A stretch of DNA of 64,000 bases from positions 128,001 to 192,000 of the forward strand of contig OY730476.1 in NCBI GenBank assembly GCA_963422735.1, in the 5' to 3' direction. This DNA is from Candidatus Latescibacterota bacterium. Lineage in GTDB: Bacteria; Latescibacterota; UBA2968; UBA8231. Position numbers and translations under genes: made by a program. A model generated the notes under the pieces. It was not told the DNA's origin. It saw nothing but the letters and a program-made list of their open reading frames with translations, and did not search any database. This document shows, one piece after another, positions 19,501-28,064 of this stretch. How positions within the stretch are numbered: position 1 is the stretch's first letter; every line of letters begins with the position of its first letter.

Positions 19501-20028
19501 TTTGTGGCCGCTTCAGCAGACGAGCTGATACGTGAAGTAAGAACGGGCAGAACTCGCAAGGTCCCAGCCCTCGTGATGCCGCGCGGCGTAGGCAGTCGGT
19601 ATTATTGCACCTTCAACCTGTGCAAGGCGTATTCATACAGCCATGTCGAATTTTATCTGCCTATGGAACTTTGGGACACAGATACGCACTATTGCCTGTG
19701 GGCGTATCTGAATTCTTCTCTGGTGTGGCTGTTCCGCGAAATTACGGGCCGGAAAAACCTGGGCGGCGGTATGCTCAAAGCCGAAGCTACCGAGATGAAG
19801 GCACTGCCGATAAATTTCGACTTTGATTTTGCCGCGCAAGCCAGGCAGGTCTTCATAGATATCCAAGACCGAAAACCGCTACCAGTCCAGGAAGAGGTTT
19901 ACACGCAAGAACATCTGCGCATCGACGCTATGGTTGCTGATTGTCTCGGCTTCGCTGACAAGCAGGATGACATTAGAAACACCTTGGTAGAGCAAGTGTC
20001 TTTTCGTCTGTCGAGAGCCATCCGATGA
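16549..20028 (+). CDS. Eco57I-like / type IIG N6-adenine DNA methyltransferase with C-terminal target-recognition domain
   Basis: NGGLF, LGKVFENLL, GSYYTP, DPAVGSGAF (motif I), GVDI, GNPPY (motif IV). Start uncertain (16507, 16549 or 16618). Confidence 0.9.
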   Translation: MDRAKGHRRTDTLVEAVKAGLAAMPTDDVLTTAQNLLGVLGYRSSRTLHGQSGNVDDFIRQFPAPKSNTATEQAFRENVQSVQFVFQLTSDEIASASQPTLGLETASFDTGHQQSFFFFAVELKEASYARSKYAEFTRELNKRLIAPTVVLFKTADNSLTLAFVHRRQHRYDPSRDVLGSVSLVRDINPTQPHRAHLDILAELSLEHLLSWMSDHNKSHDFDGLLAAWLDALDTEELNRRFYKDLFEWFDNAVQEATFPTNQARTLPPEEHIIRLITRLLFVWFIKEKRLIAEDLFNETKISDLLKNYDRDTGDSYYRAVLQNLFFATLNTEIGKRGFSTTTNTTHRDFSLYRYKQEIVDPEKLLALFAHTPFINGGLFDCLDSEEGIRDGGYRIDCFSDNERHYTKLSLPNRLFFGEHGLIPLFNRYKFTVEENTPVEQEVALDPELLGKVFENLLAAYNPETRQTARKQTGSYYTPRPVVDYMVDEALLASLAQQCQPTDGDATFWQERLRYLLNYEDAFSDADELFDKDEAAGIVRTIAGLKILDPAVGSGAFPMGVLHKLTLALRRIDPDNTRWAALQKERAQQKADAAFETKDRHERDAELLEISETFEKYAGDFGRKLYLIQNSIFGVDIQPIACQIAKLRFFISLAIEQEANNNPSDNYGIKPLPNLETRFIGADALLELEAADQLDLFRQQIESLKTRLAKNRERHFHAPTRPQKLACKNEDKRLRQALARELNSAGLPEDEANKIAHWDPYDQNATAAWFDAEYMFGNRDGFDVVLGNPPYVESRNSLLTSKLKEAYRSQVLVDWGDTLPRGSDLLVYFYPRAVKFLSSQGGMGCFITQNAWLSTDYGKKFQDFSLGRFSFERIIDTSAKFFSDVKSQNINAVITMFTREPLDKMAYGVADADMVVTPVKAISAKQKMKWGHVFSMPPFFAYILEHLRSTSRKESPFAFGQGLNFPKAELNDPDVTVPVIVRDSGFVAASADELIREVRTGRTRKVPALVMPRGVGSRYYCTFNLCKAYSYSHVEFYLPMELWDTDTHYCLWAYLNSSLVWLFREITGRKNLGGGMLKAEATEMKALPINFDFDFAAQARQVFIDIQDRKPLPVQEEVYTQEHLRIDAMVADCLGFADKQDDIRNTLVEQVSFRLSRAIR

Positions 20029-20165
20029 TGTGCCCGGTCTTGGGGGACAAGGCAGCCAACTCGTCTGCCGACACCACCGCTCTGAAAGCCGAAATCGACA
20101 CGCTGGTGTATGGGCTGTACGGGCTGACGGGGGAGGAAATCGCCGCGGTGGAAGGGTATAAATGA
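20025..20165 (+). other. 46-aa mini-ORF encoding an orphan conserved C-terminal tail of type IIG methyltransferases
   Basis: MMCPVLGDKAANSSADTTALKAEIDTLVYGLYGLTGEEIAAVEGYK; ATGA overlaps at both ends. Confidence 0.65.
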
Positions 20166-21139
20166 AATCGCGTTGCAGCGAACTACTTGACCGAGCGATA
20201 GCCGCAACCGTGGCCGCTATCGAGATTTACAACAAGCCGGACTTTCAGTATCGGGCGGAAACCTTCTGCATTCTGGCCATCAATGGTTGGGAACTGCTTT
20301 TGAAAGCGAAATGGTTGCATAAGAACGGCAACAAGATTCGGTCTCTCTATATGACGGAACCTCGCCACAAGAAAGATGGGACGAAGAGCAAGCGATTAAA
20401 AACCAAGCTCACTCGCTCGGGAAATCCATTCACGCACAGCATAGATCATCTTGCTAAGCAGCTTGTTGAACAGAAGCATTTAGATCGGAGAGCAATGGAC
20501 AATATAGAAGCATTGCTTGAATTGAGAGATTCTTCCGTTCATTTCTACCATCAATCAGGCGCAGTATTGGCGACCAGCCTTCAAGGGTTAGGCGCCGCCA
20601 GTCTTAAAAATTTCGTTTTAGCTATGAAAAAATGGTTTGATCGCGACTTGGCCGAACTCGATTTTTACTTAATGCCTCTGTCATTCGTTGAGTTGCCCAA
20701 GCAAGTGGACGCCATTATCCCTTCCAAAAAAGAAAAGAACTTTTTGAACTACCTCCGACAACTTGAGTCCGACACCAATAATTCAGATTCTGAATACGCC
20801 GTCACGCTCAACATTGATGTAAAGTTCACTCGTTCCAATACATCAGAGGCAACCCCAGTCCGGGTCACAACAGGTCCGGATGCTCTAGAAGTCCGACTGA
20901 CAGAAGAGCAAATTTTGGAGAAGTACCCTTGGGACTACAAGAAGCTGACAAAAGAATGCAAAAAACGATACACAGGCTTCAAATGCAATCAAAAATACCA
21001 TGACATCAGGAAGCTACATGAAAACAGGAATTTTTGTTTTATCCGATATCTTAATCCGAAAAATTCAAACAGTTCGTCGAAGAAGTTTTACAATCCCAAT
21101 ATCTTGAGTGAGTTTGACGAACGATATTTGAGAAAGTAG
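20162..21139 (+). CDS. DUF3644-family protein, putative defence effector
   Basis: AAIEIYNKP.F.YRAETFCILAINGWELLLKA; RDSSVH (RxxxxH); noticeably AT-richer than its neighbours. Confidence 0.75.
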   Translation: MKSRCSELLDRAIAATVAAIEIYNKPDFQYRAETFCILAINGWELLLKAKWLHKNGNKIRSLYMTEPRHKKDGTKSKRLKTKLTRSGNPFTHSIDHLAKQLVEQKHLDRRAMDNIEALLELRDSSVHFYHQSGAVLATSLQGLGAASLKNFVLAMKKWFDRDLAELDFYLMPLSFVELPKQVDAIIPSKKEKNFLNYLRQLESDTNNSDSEYAVTLNIDVKFTRSNTSEATPVRVTTGPDALEVRLTEEQILEKYPWDYKKLTKECKKRYTGFKCNQKYHDIRKLHENRNFCFIRYLNPKNSNSSSKKFYNPNILSEFDERYLRK

Positions 21140-21875
21140 TGTCGCCATCTGCCGCCGACAATACCGCCCTAGAAACCCCATCCCCATAAAAAAACATGGA
21201 CGAAGATCCATAAGCCTGTTTCGACGAGGATTAGACCAACTCACCCAGATCATACACCAAACACAGGAGCAACCTAAACTCGCCCGACAATATGAAACCC
21301 ATTTTACTGTCGTGTACTTAGCTTATTTACAAAACAATGAAAGGTGAAGTTTTCAACTACAGAATAGTCTCTATAGGAGGAAACGCTGCCTCCGAATTTT
21401 GCCAAGATGAAAACGGAACGTAGTTTAGATCAAGGAGGCAACTTTCATTCTCATAAAAATTACGGAATCCCAGAACTCTCTACCCCGTTTATAGCTGAGT
21501 TGCGAGTGCTGCCCTACGACATAGTTGAAGGGAAGGGAAACGAGATACTTGATACAATATCCAAGTAATATTCCTTCGCCGTAAGAATGGCGATTCCCCA
21601 CCCACTTCGTTACGCATGGAGCGATACCAATCATGCCGTGCGGACTGTCCACCTTGGCCCAGGATCGTATCCGTTTTGCCATTCAACCCGTCCCACGGTT
21701 ATCTTGCGCGGTGTTGGCGGTACCGCTGGCCAGCAGGGCGGTCACGGGGAATTCTAACCTGCCCCGGCCTTGCCGGCAGGCATCCTGGCGGGTGCGATTT
21801 TTCTATATTTTCCCGTTTTAATGCAATCTAAGCCCGTGCGGCGCATAGCCGCGACGCGGAATTCTAGGAGGCCCC

Positions 21876-23141
21876 ATGACCGCGACTCAATGTAAGCTGC
21901 CCTTTGGCGACGGGTACCTGCCGGTTGCCGTACCTACCGAGCACCTGCTCGGCGTGGTGCTGCCCAAGGCAGCGGCCAACGACGACCGCGACGAGCAGGC
22001 TTTGGTGCGCGAAGCCTTGGCCCATCCGTTAGGAACGCCGGCGTTGCGGACGTTGGTGCGGCCCGGTCAGCAGGTCGCGATTGTGGTCAGCGATAGGACC
22101 CGGCCGTGCCCGACGGATCGCCTGTTGCCGCCCGTGCTAGAGGAATTGGCCGCCGCTGGTGTCCCGGACGCGGACGTGACTGTAGTGGTGGCCTTGGGGC
22201 TGCATCGGGCGCAGACCCCAGCCGAGTTGGTCACCTTGGTGGGTTCGGAGGTCTATGCGCGAGTGCGGGTTGTCAACCACGATGTAGAGGATGTGGTGCG
22301 ATTGGGAGTCACGGCGAGGGGCACACCCGTTGAGCTGTTCCGCCCTTTGGTGGAGGCCGATGTGCGGATTTGCTTGGGCAACTTGGAGTTCCACTATTTC
22401 GCCGGCTTTTCGGGTGGGGCCAAGGCGATCTTGCCCGGTTGTGCCTCTCCCAGTGCCGTAGCGGCCAACCACGGTTTGATGGCCCGGCCCGGCGCAGAGA
22501 CTGGGCGGCTTGAGGGCAATCCAGTGCGCGAAGATTTGGAAGAAGGCGCGGCCATGATAGGGGTTGACTTCATCCTCAATGTGATTGTGGACGACCGCCA
22601 TCGCATGGTCGCCGCCTTTGCTGGGCACGTGCGCGAGGCACATCGCAAGGGGTGCGAGCGGGTGGCCGAGCGCGGTGTCGTGCCCATTGCAGAACGCGCA
22701 GATATTGTGCTGGTCAGTGCCGGGGGGTATCCGCTTGATGTTAACATGTACCAGGCGCAAAAGGCCCTCGACAATGCTGTGCATGCCGTGCGCGAAGGCG
22801 GGGTCATCGTCTGGGTAGCCGAATGTCGCGAGGGGCTGGGCGGTGCCACGTTTGCTTCTTGGTTACAGGAGGCGGATTCGGCCGATGGGATTCTAAGGCG
22901 CATAGAGCGCGAATTCGTCTTGGGCGGGCACAAGGCCGCGGCCATTGCCGCGGTGGTGAAAAAGGCCCGGGTGCATTTGGTCTCGTCGCTGCCGGCCGAG
23001 GCCCTCGGCCGGGTCGGCGTGGTGCCCTTTGACGACTTAGACCAAGCCATGGCGGCCGCGCACGAGGTGGCCGGGTCGGCTGCCCGGATCTTGGCGTTGC
23101 CCTATGGAGACTCGGTACTGCCGCAGGCGGCGAGTGCCTAG
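21876..23141 (+). CDS. larA: Nickel-pincer-dependent lactate racemase (LarA) family protein
   Basis: SDRTRP, LGLHR, NHD, HYFAGFSGGAK, GGYP.D.NMYQAQK, AECREG. Confidence 0.85.
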   Translation: MTATQCKLPFGDGYLPVAVPTEHLLGVVLPKAAANDDRDEQALVREALAHPLGTPALRTLVRPGQQVAIVVSDRTRPCPTDRLLPPVLEELAAAGVPDADVTVVVALGLHRAQTPAELVTLVGSEVYARVRVVNHDVEDVVRLGVTARGTPVELFRPLVEADVRICLGNLEFHYFAGFSGGAKAILPGCASPSAVAANHGLMARPGAETGRLEGNPVREDLEEGAAMIGVDFILNVIVDDRHRMVAAFAGHVREAHRKGCERVAERGVVPIAERADIVLVSAGGYPLDVNMYQAQKALDNAVHAVREGGVIVWVAECREGLGGATFASWLQEADSADGILRRIEREFVLGGHKAAAIAAVVKKARVHLVSSLPAEALGRVGVVPFDDLDQAMAAAHEVAGSAARILALPYGDSVLPQAASA

Positions 23142-23171
23142 GGGGTGACGAATTTGATCAAGGCGCGACCG

Positions 23172-24056
23172 TTATTCGCCGCTGGCGAACAAGTCTAGTT
23201 GTTCTGTCTTCTCATCGATAAATCCCCCCAAGCCAATCCCGAGCCGGCGCACACCAACCTCGTCGGCCTCTGTGCAGGCGAGCAGTTCGCAGGCCGCTGC
23301 AAACAGGGTCTGGGCGCGGTCGCTAAAGGCGGCTAAGCGCAAGGTGTAGGTCGCGGTGCGAAGATCGAGGTAGCCCACCTGCAAGCTCACGTTGCGTCCC
23401 TGGATCCCTTTGCGCTGCAAGCGGCCACAGAGTGCGGCGGCCAATTCGCGCAAGGCATGGTGCATTTCCTCGCGGGTGTAGAGCGGGGCGGCGAACGCAG
23501 CTTCTTCGCGGATTTCGCTGAATGGCTCGGTCGGGGCGACCGGGTCGTCATCCCGCCCATGGGCGAGGTGCCAAAGGGACCGGCCCCGCGAGCCGAGGCG
23601 GCGCACGAGTTCGGAAAGCGGCACCTCAGCTAGCTGGCCGATGCGCTCTAGCTGCATGGTGGCGAGCCGCTGGCGCGTAATGGCTCCTACCCCGGGGAGC
23701 TGGTCAATTGGTACGGCGGCGAGAAAGTCCTCTACCTGTTCGGGCAGCACAACCGTCAAGCCGTCGGGGCGCTGGCGCGCCATGGCCAGCCGCGCCAGGA
23801 ATTTGTTGGGTGCCAAACCTATGGAGACGCTCCATCCTAGCTGCCGCTTAATATCGCCCTTGATCATCTTGGCTACGCGAGATCCAAAAGGGATATCGGG
23901 TTTGTTGTCGGTGACGTCGAGGACAGCATGGTCGTCGGTCCATTCGACCCAGTCCGTGTATTCGCGCAAGAGGGTTGCGAATTCCGGGCTTGGGCTGTGG
24001 GGACAGCTATCAACGCCGATGTGGATGATCTTGCGGTGTCCGCCGCTGGCCCTCAT
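23172..24056 (-). CDS. DinB-derived Y-family polymerase homologue, predicted catalytically inactive, with beta-clamp motif
   Basis: RKIIHIGVD, SIGLAPNKFLARLA, LPGVG, VRRLGI, C-terminal QLDLF; catalytic D and SxDE altered, fingers domain deleted. Confidence 0.8.
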   Translation of the reverse strand: MRASGGHRKIIHIGVDSCPHSPSPEFATLLREYTDWVEWTDDHAVLDVTDNKPDIPFGSRVAKMIKGDIKRQLGWSVSIGLAPNKFLARLAMARQRPDGLTVVLPEQVEDFLAAVPIDQLPGVGAITRQRLATMQLERIGQLAEVPLSELVRRLGSRGRSLWHLAHGRDDDPVAPTEPFSEIREEAAFAAPLYTREEMHHALRELAAALCGRLQRKGIQGRNVSLQVGYLDLRTATYTLRLAAFSDRAQTLFAAACELLACTEADEVGVRRLGIGLGGFIDEKTEQLDLFASGE

Positions 24057-25015
24057 GCCGAAAAAGGCAGAGAGACGACGGTGGCCTGCGCTTGGCCTAC
24101 AGAGAGGACGGTGCCCGCAGCGCAGGCGGCCCGGCGCACGTAGGCTAGGCCGATGGGCCCCAAGGTGGGGGAGTGGACCGCAGAGGTGATGCGCCCTACC
24201 TCGCGCTTGCCGTCGTGCAGCGGTTGCCCCGTTGCCGGCAGCTCGGCGGCGGAAAGCCGCAACCCGACTAGATGTTGCTTGACTTTGTCGTAGGTATCTA
24301 AACGGGCGATGACTTCTTGGCCGATATAGCAGCCCTTATCCAGATGAATAGCGCGGCCGAGCTTAGCTTCCCAGGGGTTGTAGTCTTGGGTTAGTTCCCG
24401 CCCGAGTTGGGGAAGGCCCTGCTCGACGCGGAGAATTTCCCACGTGTGTTCGCTAATGGGGCTGGCCCCGGCGGCGGCAAAATGCTGCCAAAGGGCCGCT
24501 ACCGCTTCCGGCGGGCCGAAGACGCGCAGCCCGGGTCCGGCCTGCCGAGGAGTGTGTGCCAGCCACAAGTTGTCCCTGACCGCAGGGTCGAGTAGCTGGT
24601 GGTCGTGGAATCGCGCCAGGTCCTCGCCGAGTACCTCGGCGACCAGCGCGGCGGCGCGTGGGCCGATGAGCTCGAACATGATCGTCGCGTCGGTGCGGTC
24701 TGCCAATTCGAGGGCCTCGGCAAAAATAAAACGGTCCAACCAAGTGGGGATTGTGGTGCGCGAGTCAGGACTCAGGATCAAGACCGTAGCGTCCGGGCCG
24801 CGATAGCAGGTGGCGAGGTCGAGAATGCGTGCCCGCTGTTCGATAAATACCGCTTCGAGGCCGTATCCTACTTGCAGGTTGTGAAAGTCGTTGGAAGTCA
24901 TGCGGTGCAGGAAATCAAGGTGCTCGGCACCGCGCATGTACAAGCGAAACGAGGCTTGCGCGTCGCGTAGGGCTGCGCGGGCGCGGGCGGCGTGGTATTC
25001 GTCGCAATGGGTCAT
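24053..25015 (-). CDS. ygfZ: YgfZ/GcvT-like folate-binding protein
   Basis: KGCYIGQEVIAR signature. Confidence 0.85.
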   Translation of the reverse strand: MTHCDEYHAARARAALRDAQASFRLYMRGAEHLDFLHRMTSNDFHNLQVGYGLEAVFIEQRARILDLATCYRGPDATVLILSPDSRTTIPTWLDRFIFAEALELADRTDATIMFELIGPRAAALVAEVLGEDLARFHDHQLLDPAVRDNLWLAHTPRQAGPGLRVFGPPEAVAALWQHFAAAGASPISEHTWEILRVEQGLPQLGRELTQDYNPWEAKLGRAIHLDKGCYIGQEVIARLDTYDKVKQHLVGLRLSAAELPATGQPLHDGKREVGRITSAVHSPTLGPIGLAYVRRAACAAGTVLSVGQAQATVVSLPFSA

Positions 25016-25028
25016 AACGGGCAAGAGG

Positions 25029-28000
25029 CTAGGCGTGCTGCGTCACGGAGAAACGCGAGCCTAAATCGGGGTGTTTGGCGACCTCGATTTGCACTGGAAA
25101 GGCCGCCTTGAGTTGGTCGAGGTGCGTGACGATCAACACTTTTTTGAAATCCTCGCTGATTTTTTGGATGGCTTCGATGAGTTGTTCCAGCCCCTGCTCG
25201 TCTTGGGTGCCGAAGCCCTCGTCGATAAAGAGGGTGTGGAGGGGGGTGCCCGAGCGCATGGCCAGCACCTTGGAGAGCGCGATGCGCAAGGCGAAATTGG
25301 TGCGGAATGCCTCGCCCCCGGAATAGAGGTGATAGGAGCGCTCACCGACCTCGTCGGCGATTTTGACGTCGAGGGTTTCGCGGGTGCCGCCTTTTTTGAG
25401 ATCGCGCAGCGATTCGAAGGCGACTTGGATGCGGTTGTCGGTCAGGCGCGCGAGGATGGCGTTGGCCTCTTCGGCGATCTGCGGTACGGCATTTTCAATG
25501 ATCAGCGCTTGGATTCCATCCTTGCCGAATGCCTTGTCGAGCTGTTGGTATATCCAGACCTGTCGCTGGGTCTCTTGCAGATCTTGGCGCAATGCGTCTC
25601 GTTCCTGCGCCCATTCGGCACAGCGTGCGCATCGGTCCTCTAGCTTGCCTCGGCGCTGGAGGTGTTGGTCCCGTTCGACCCGCAGCTTTTCTAAGAGGGC
25701 TTGGTTTTCGTCGAGCCGCCTATCGACATCTTCTAACTCGTCGGTCCGCTCTTGCAACCTTTCCTTTTCTTTTTTTATAGTCTGCAATCGTTCCGCTAGC
25801 GCAGAGGCTTCGGCCTCGTAGCGCGCCCGCGATTCACTGGCCGAAGCGCGGCGTTGGCGGGCGTTTTTTAGACGCTCGAATTGTCGCACACTGTCGCCTA
25901 GGTCGTCCAGTTGCTGTCGCAGCCGCTGGTGCTCGGCACCGCAGTAGTTTAGGGCTGCGAGCTGTTGCTCGATTGGGCCGAGTTGCTCCCGTTCGTCTTG
26001 GGCATAGCGAGCCTCGGCGAGCTGTTGGTCGGCTTGTTCGAGTTGGTGCTGGGCTTCGGCCCGCTCGCTGTTGAGCCGCTCGGCTTGGCTTTTGGCGTCC
26101 TGCAAGCGGGCGTGCTCGGCCTCGACCGGGCGCAACTCGGCGAGCTTTTGGCGCAGTGCCTCGTGCTCGGCGCTGCTATAGCCCAATAGCTCGATTTCCC
26201 CGGTTAGCTTGTGCAGGCGTTCGCGTTCGCTGGGAGCGTATGATTGGTCGCTGAGTTCGCGGTCGAGAGTGGCTAGTCGCTCGGCTAGCGACTGGGCCTC
26301 GGCGGCTGATTCTCGCAATTGCCCGAGACGAGCCTCCCCGGCGGCTAGGTCTTGGTGTATCTGCTGGAGGGGCGCGATTTCCTCGCCGAGGGCCTTGTAG
26401 CGCGTACGCATCTTTTGCAACTGGTCGTCGAGAGCGATGAGTTCGCGGCCGAGGGCGGCGATGCGCTCTTGGTGGCGGCCTTCCCGCTGCGAGAGTTCTG
26501 CCACGACCTGCTGGCGGTGTTCGGCGTCGAGTGCGCTGCCGCACAATGGACAGTTGGCTTCGTCGGAACCAGCCAAGACCTGAGCCTGTTGGTGCTCGTT
26601 GGCCAATTCTTCTTCTTCGGCGCGGCGCTTTTGCTGCCGCTCGGTGATCTGGGCCTTGAGATCGAGGCCCTCATCTTTGAGGCGGTCCCGTTCCTCGGCT
26701 TTGGCCTGCAATTGAGTCCGTTGCACTTGCAATTGGCGGATGTGGGCTGCTAAGGGCTCTTCCTCGGCGCTGGCTCGTTCCCGCTGTACCAATTGCTCGG
26801 CGAGTATTTGGCGCTGGTTTTTGCGGCGCTCCTCTGCGAGATCTAGTTCGTGTTCGAGGCGACGGCACTCGCGGAGGAGATCCTCGTAGCGAATCCGCGC
26901 CTGCTCGAGTGCTTGGACCTGCTCGCTGAGGGTTTTGAATTGCCCGTAGCGAATGGCGATGGTCTGTTCCCGATTGAGTAAGGCTTGGTGCTCGTCGAGC
27001 TGGTGCTGTCGCTCACTGAGGGTGGCCGCCCAGCGTCCTTGCTGCCGCTCCACTTCTTGGCGCGCTCGGGCGATTCGCTCTTCTAGCTGGCGGCGGCGAG
27101 CCTCTAACTCGCCGTGCTCCTGAGCTTTCCGTTCGAGCAGGACAATTTGAGTGCGGAGCTGGTCGTGGGTCGCAAAGTCCCGCTCGATGGATTTGGCGGC
27201 CGCTAGGATTTCGCTGTCTTGGCGCTGCTGCTCCCGCAGGTTTTCGATTTCGGCGGCGACCTGCTGCTCCCGCTCGGCAACGCCCTGCTGCTCCCTCTTC
27301 AGTTCGGCGACGCGCTGGCGGATCTGCACCAACTCTAGGTGCTGAGCCTTCAACTCGGCTTGCTCTTTTTCACGGCTGCTGATTTTGCTATCGAGTAGAG
27401 CGAGGAGATCATCGACGGTGCGCAGATCGACTTCGTAGCCTTCGCATCTGGCCAATTCGGCATCGAGCTCGCTGAGGTGGGCTTGCTGAGCCTCGCTCTG
27501 GCGCTGGTGCTCTTGATAGCGGACCCGAGCCATGCCTTGGAGCTGGTCGTAACGCCCCAAGCCGAGGATTCGCCCGAGGACTTCCTTGCGCTGCCTGGCG
27601 TTTTTCTGGGTGAACTCGTCGGCGCGCCCTTGGACGATGAAGGCCGAATTGACGAAGGTGTCGTAGTCCATGGATAGGAGTTCGTCGATGCGTCGCTGAG
27701 TGGGATTAATGCCCTCGCCATCGCTGAGAGTGCGAAAGACGCCGTCGCTTTCTACTTGCAGGTCGAGGGCCGGGACGCCCCGCTTGGTGCGGCGCCAACT
27801 GCGGATGACGCGAAAATGCTTTTCGCGGAGGGCGAAGTCGAAGTCAACCCGCATCTCTTTGGCCCCGATCCGGCACAGCTCTTCGTCGCTGCGGCTTTTG
27901 CGGGCTTTGCCCCACAAGGCATAGGTAATCCCGTCGAGCAGGGCGGACTTGCCGTGGCCGTTGCCACCCGTGAGACAGGCGACGTGGAACTGGGTAAAGT

Positions 28001-28064
28001 CGAGCGGCGGCACTTCCTCGCCGTAGCTGAGAAAATTGCGCAGAGAAAGGGAGAGAGGGATCAT
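25029..28064 (-). CDS. sbcC: SbcC/Rad50 SMC-like ATPase
   Basis: GGNGHGKS, coiled coils, CPLC zinc hook, YSGGE, IDEGFGTQD. Confidence 0.93.
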   Translation of the reverse strand: MIPLSLSLRNFLSYGEEVPPLDFTQFHVACLTGGNGHGKSALLDGITYALWGKARKSRSDEELCRIGAKEMRVDFDFALREKHFRVIRSWRRTKRGVPALDLQVESDGVFRTLSDGEGINPTQRRIDELLSMDYDTFVNSAFIVQGRADEFTQKNARQRKEVLGRILGLGRYDQLQGMARVRYQEHQRQSEAQQAHLSELDAELARCEGYEVDLRTVDDLLALLDSKISSREKEQAELKAQHLELVQIRQRVAELKREQQGVAEREQQVAAEIENLREQQRQDSEILAAAKSIERDFATHDQLRTQIVLLERKAQEHGELEARRRQLEERIARARQEVERQQGRWAATLSERQHQLDEHQALLNREQTIAIRYGQFKTLSEQVQALEQARIRYEDLLRECRRLEHELDLAEERRKNQRQILAEQLVQRERASAEEEPLAAHIRQLQVQRTQLQAKAEERDRLKDEGLDLKAQITERQQKRRAEEEELANEHQQAQVLAGSDEANCPLCGSALDAEHRQQVVAELSQREGRHQERIAALGRELIALDDQLQKMRTRYKALGEEIAPLQQIHQDLAAGEARLGQLRESAAEAQSLAERLATLDRELSDQSYAPSERERLHKLTGEIELLGYSSAEHEALRQKLAELRPVEAEHARLQDAKSQAERLNSERAEAQHQLEQADQQLAEARYAQDEREQLGPIEQQLAALNYCGAEHQRLRQQLDDLGDSVRQFERLKNARQRRASASESRARYEAEASALAERLQTIKKEKERLQERTDELEDVDRRLDENQALLEKLRVERDQHLQRRGKLEDRCARCAEWAQERDALRQDLQETQRQVWIYQQLDKAFGKDGIQALIIENAVPQIAEEANAILARLTDNRIQVAFESLRDLKKGGTRETLDVKIADEVGERSYHLYSGGEAFRTNFALRIALSKVLAMRSGTPLHTLFIDEGFGTQDEQGLEQLIEAIQKISEDFKKVLIVTHLDQLKAAFPVQIEVAKHPDLGSRFSVTQHA

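Larger units (their letters stand above)
12484..21680. mobile_element. Horizontally acquired RM-like defence island, no integrase visible
   Basis: Cluster of defence genes and gene fragments with lower-GC segments, starting at a broken gene; borders approximate. Confidence 0.55.
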
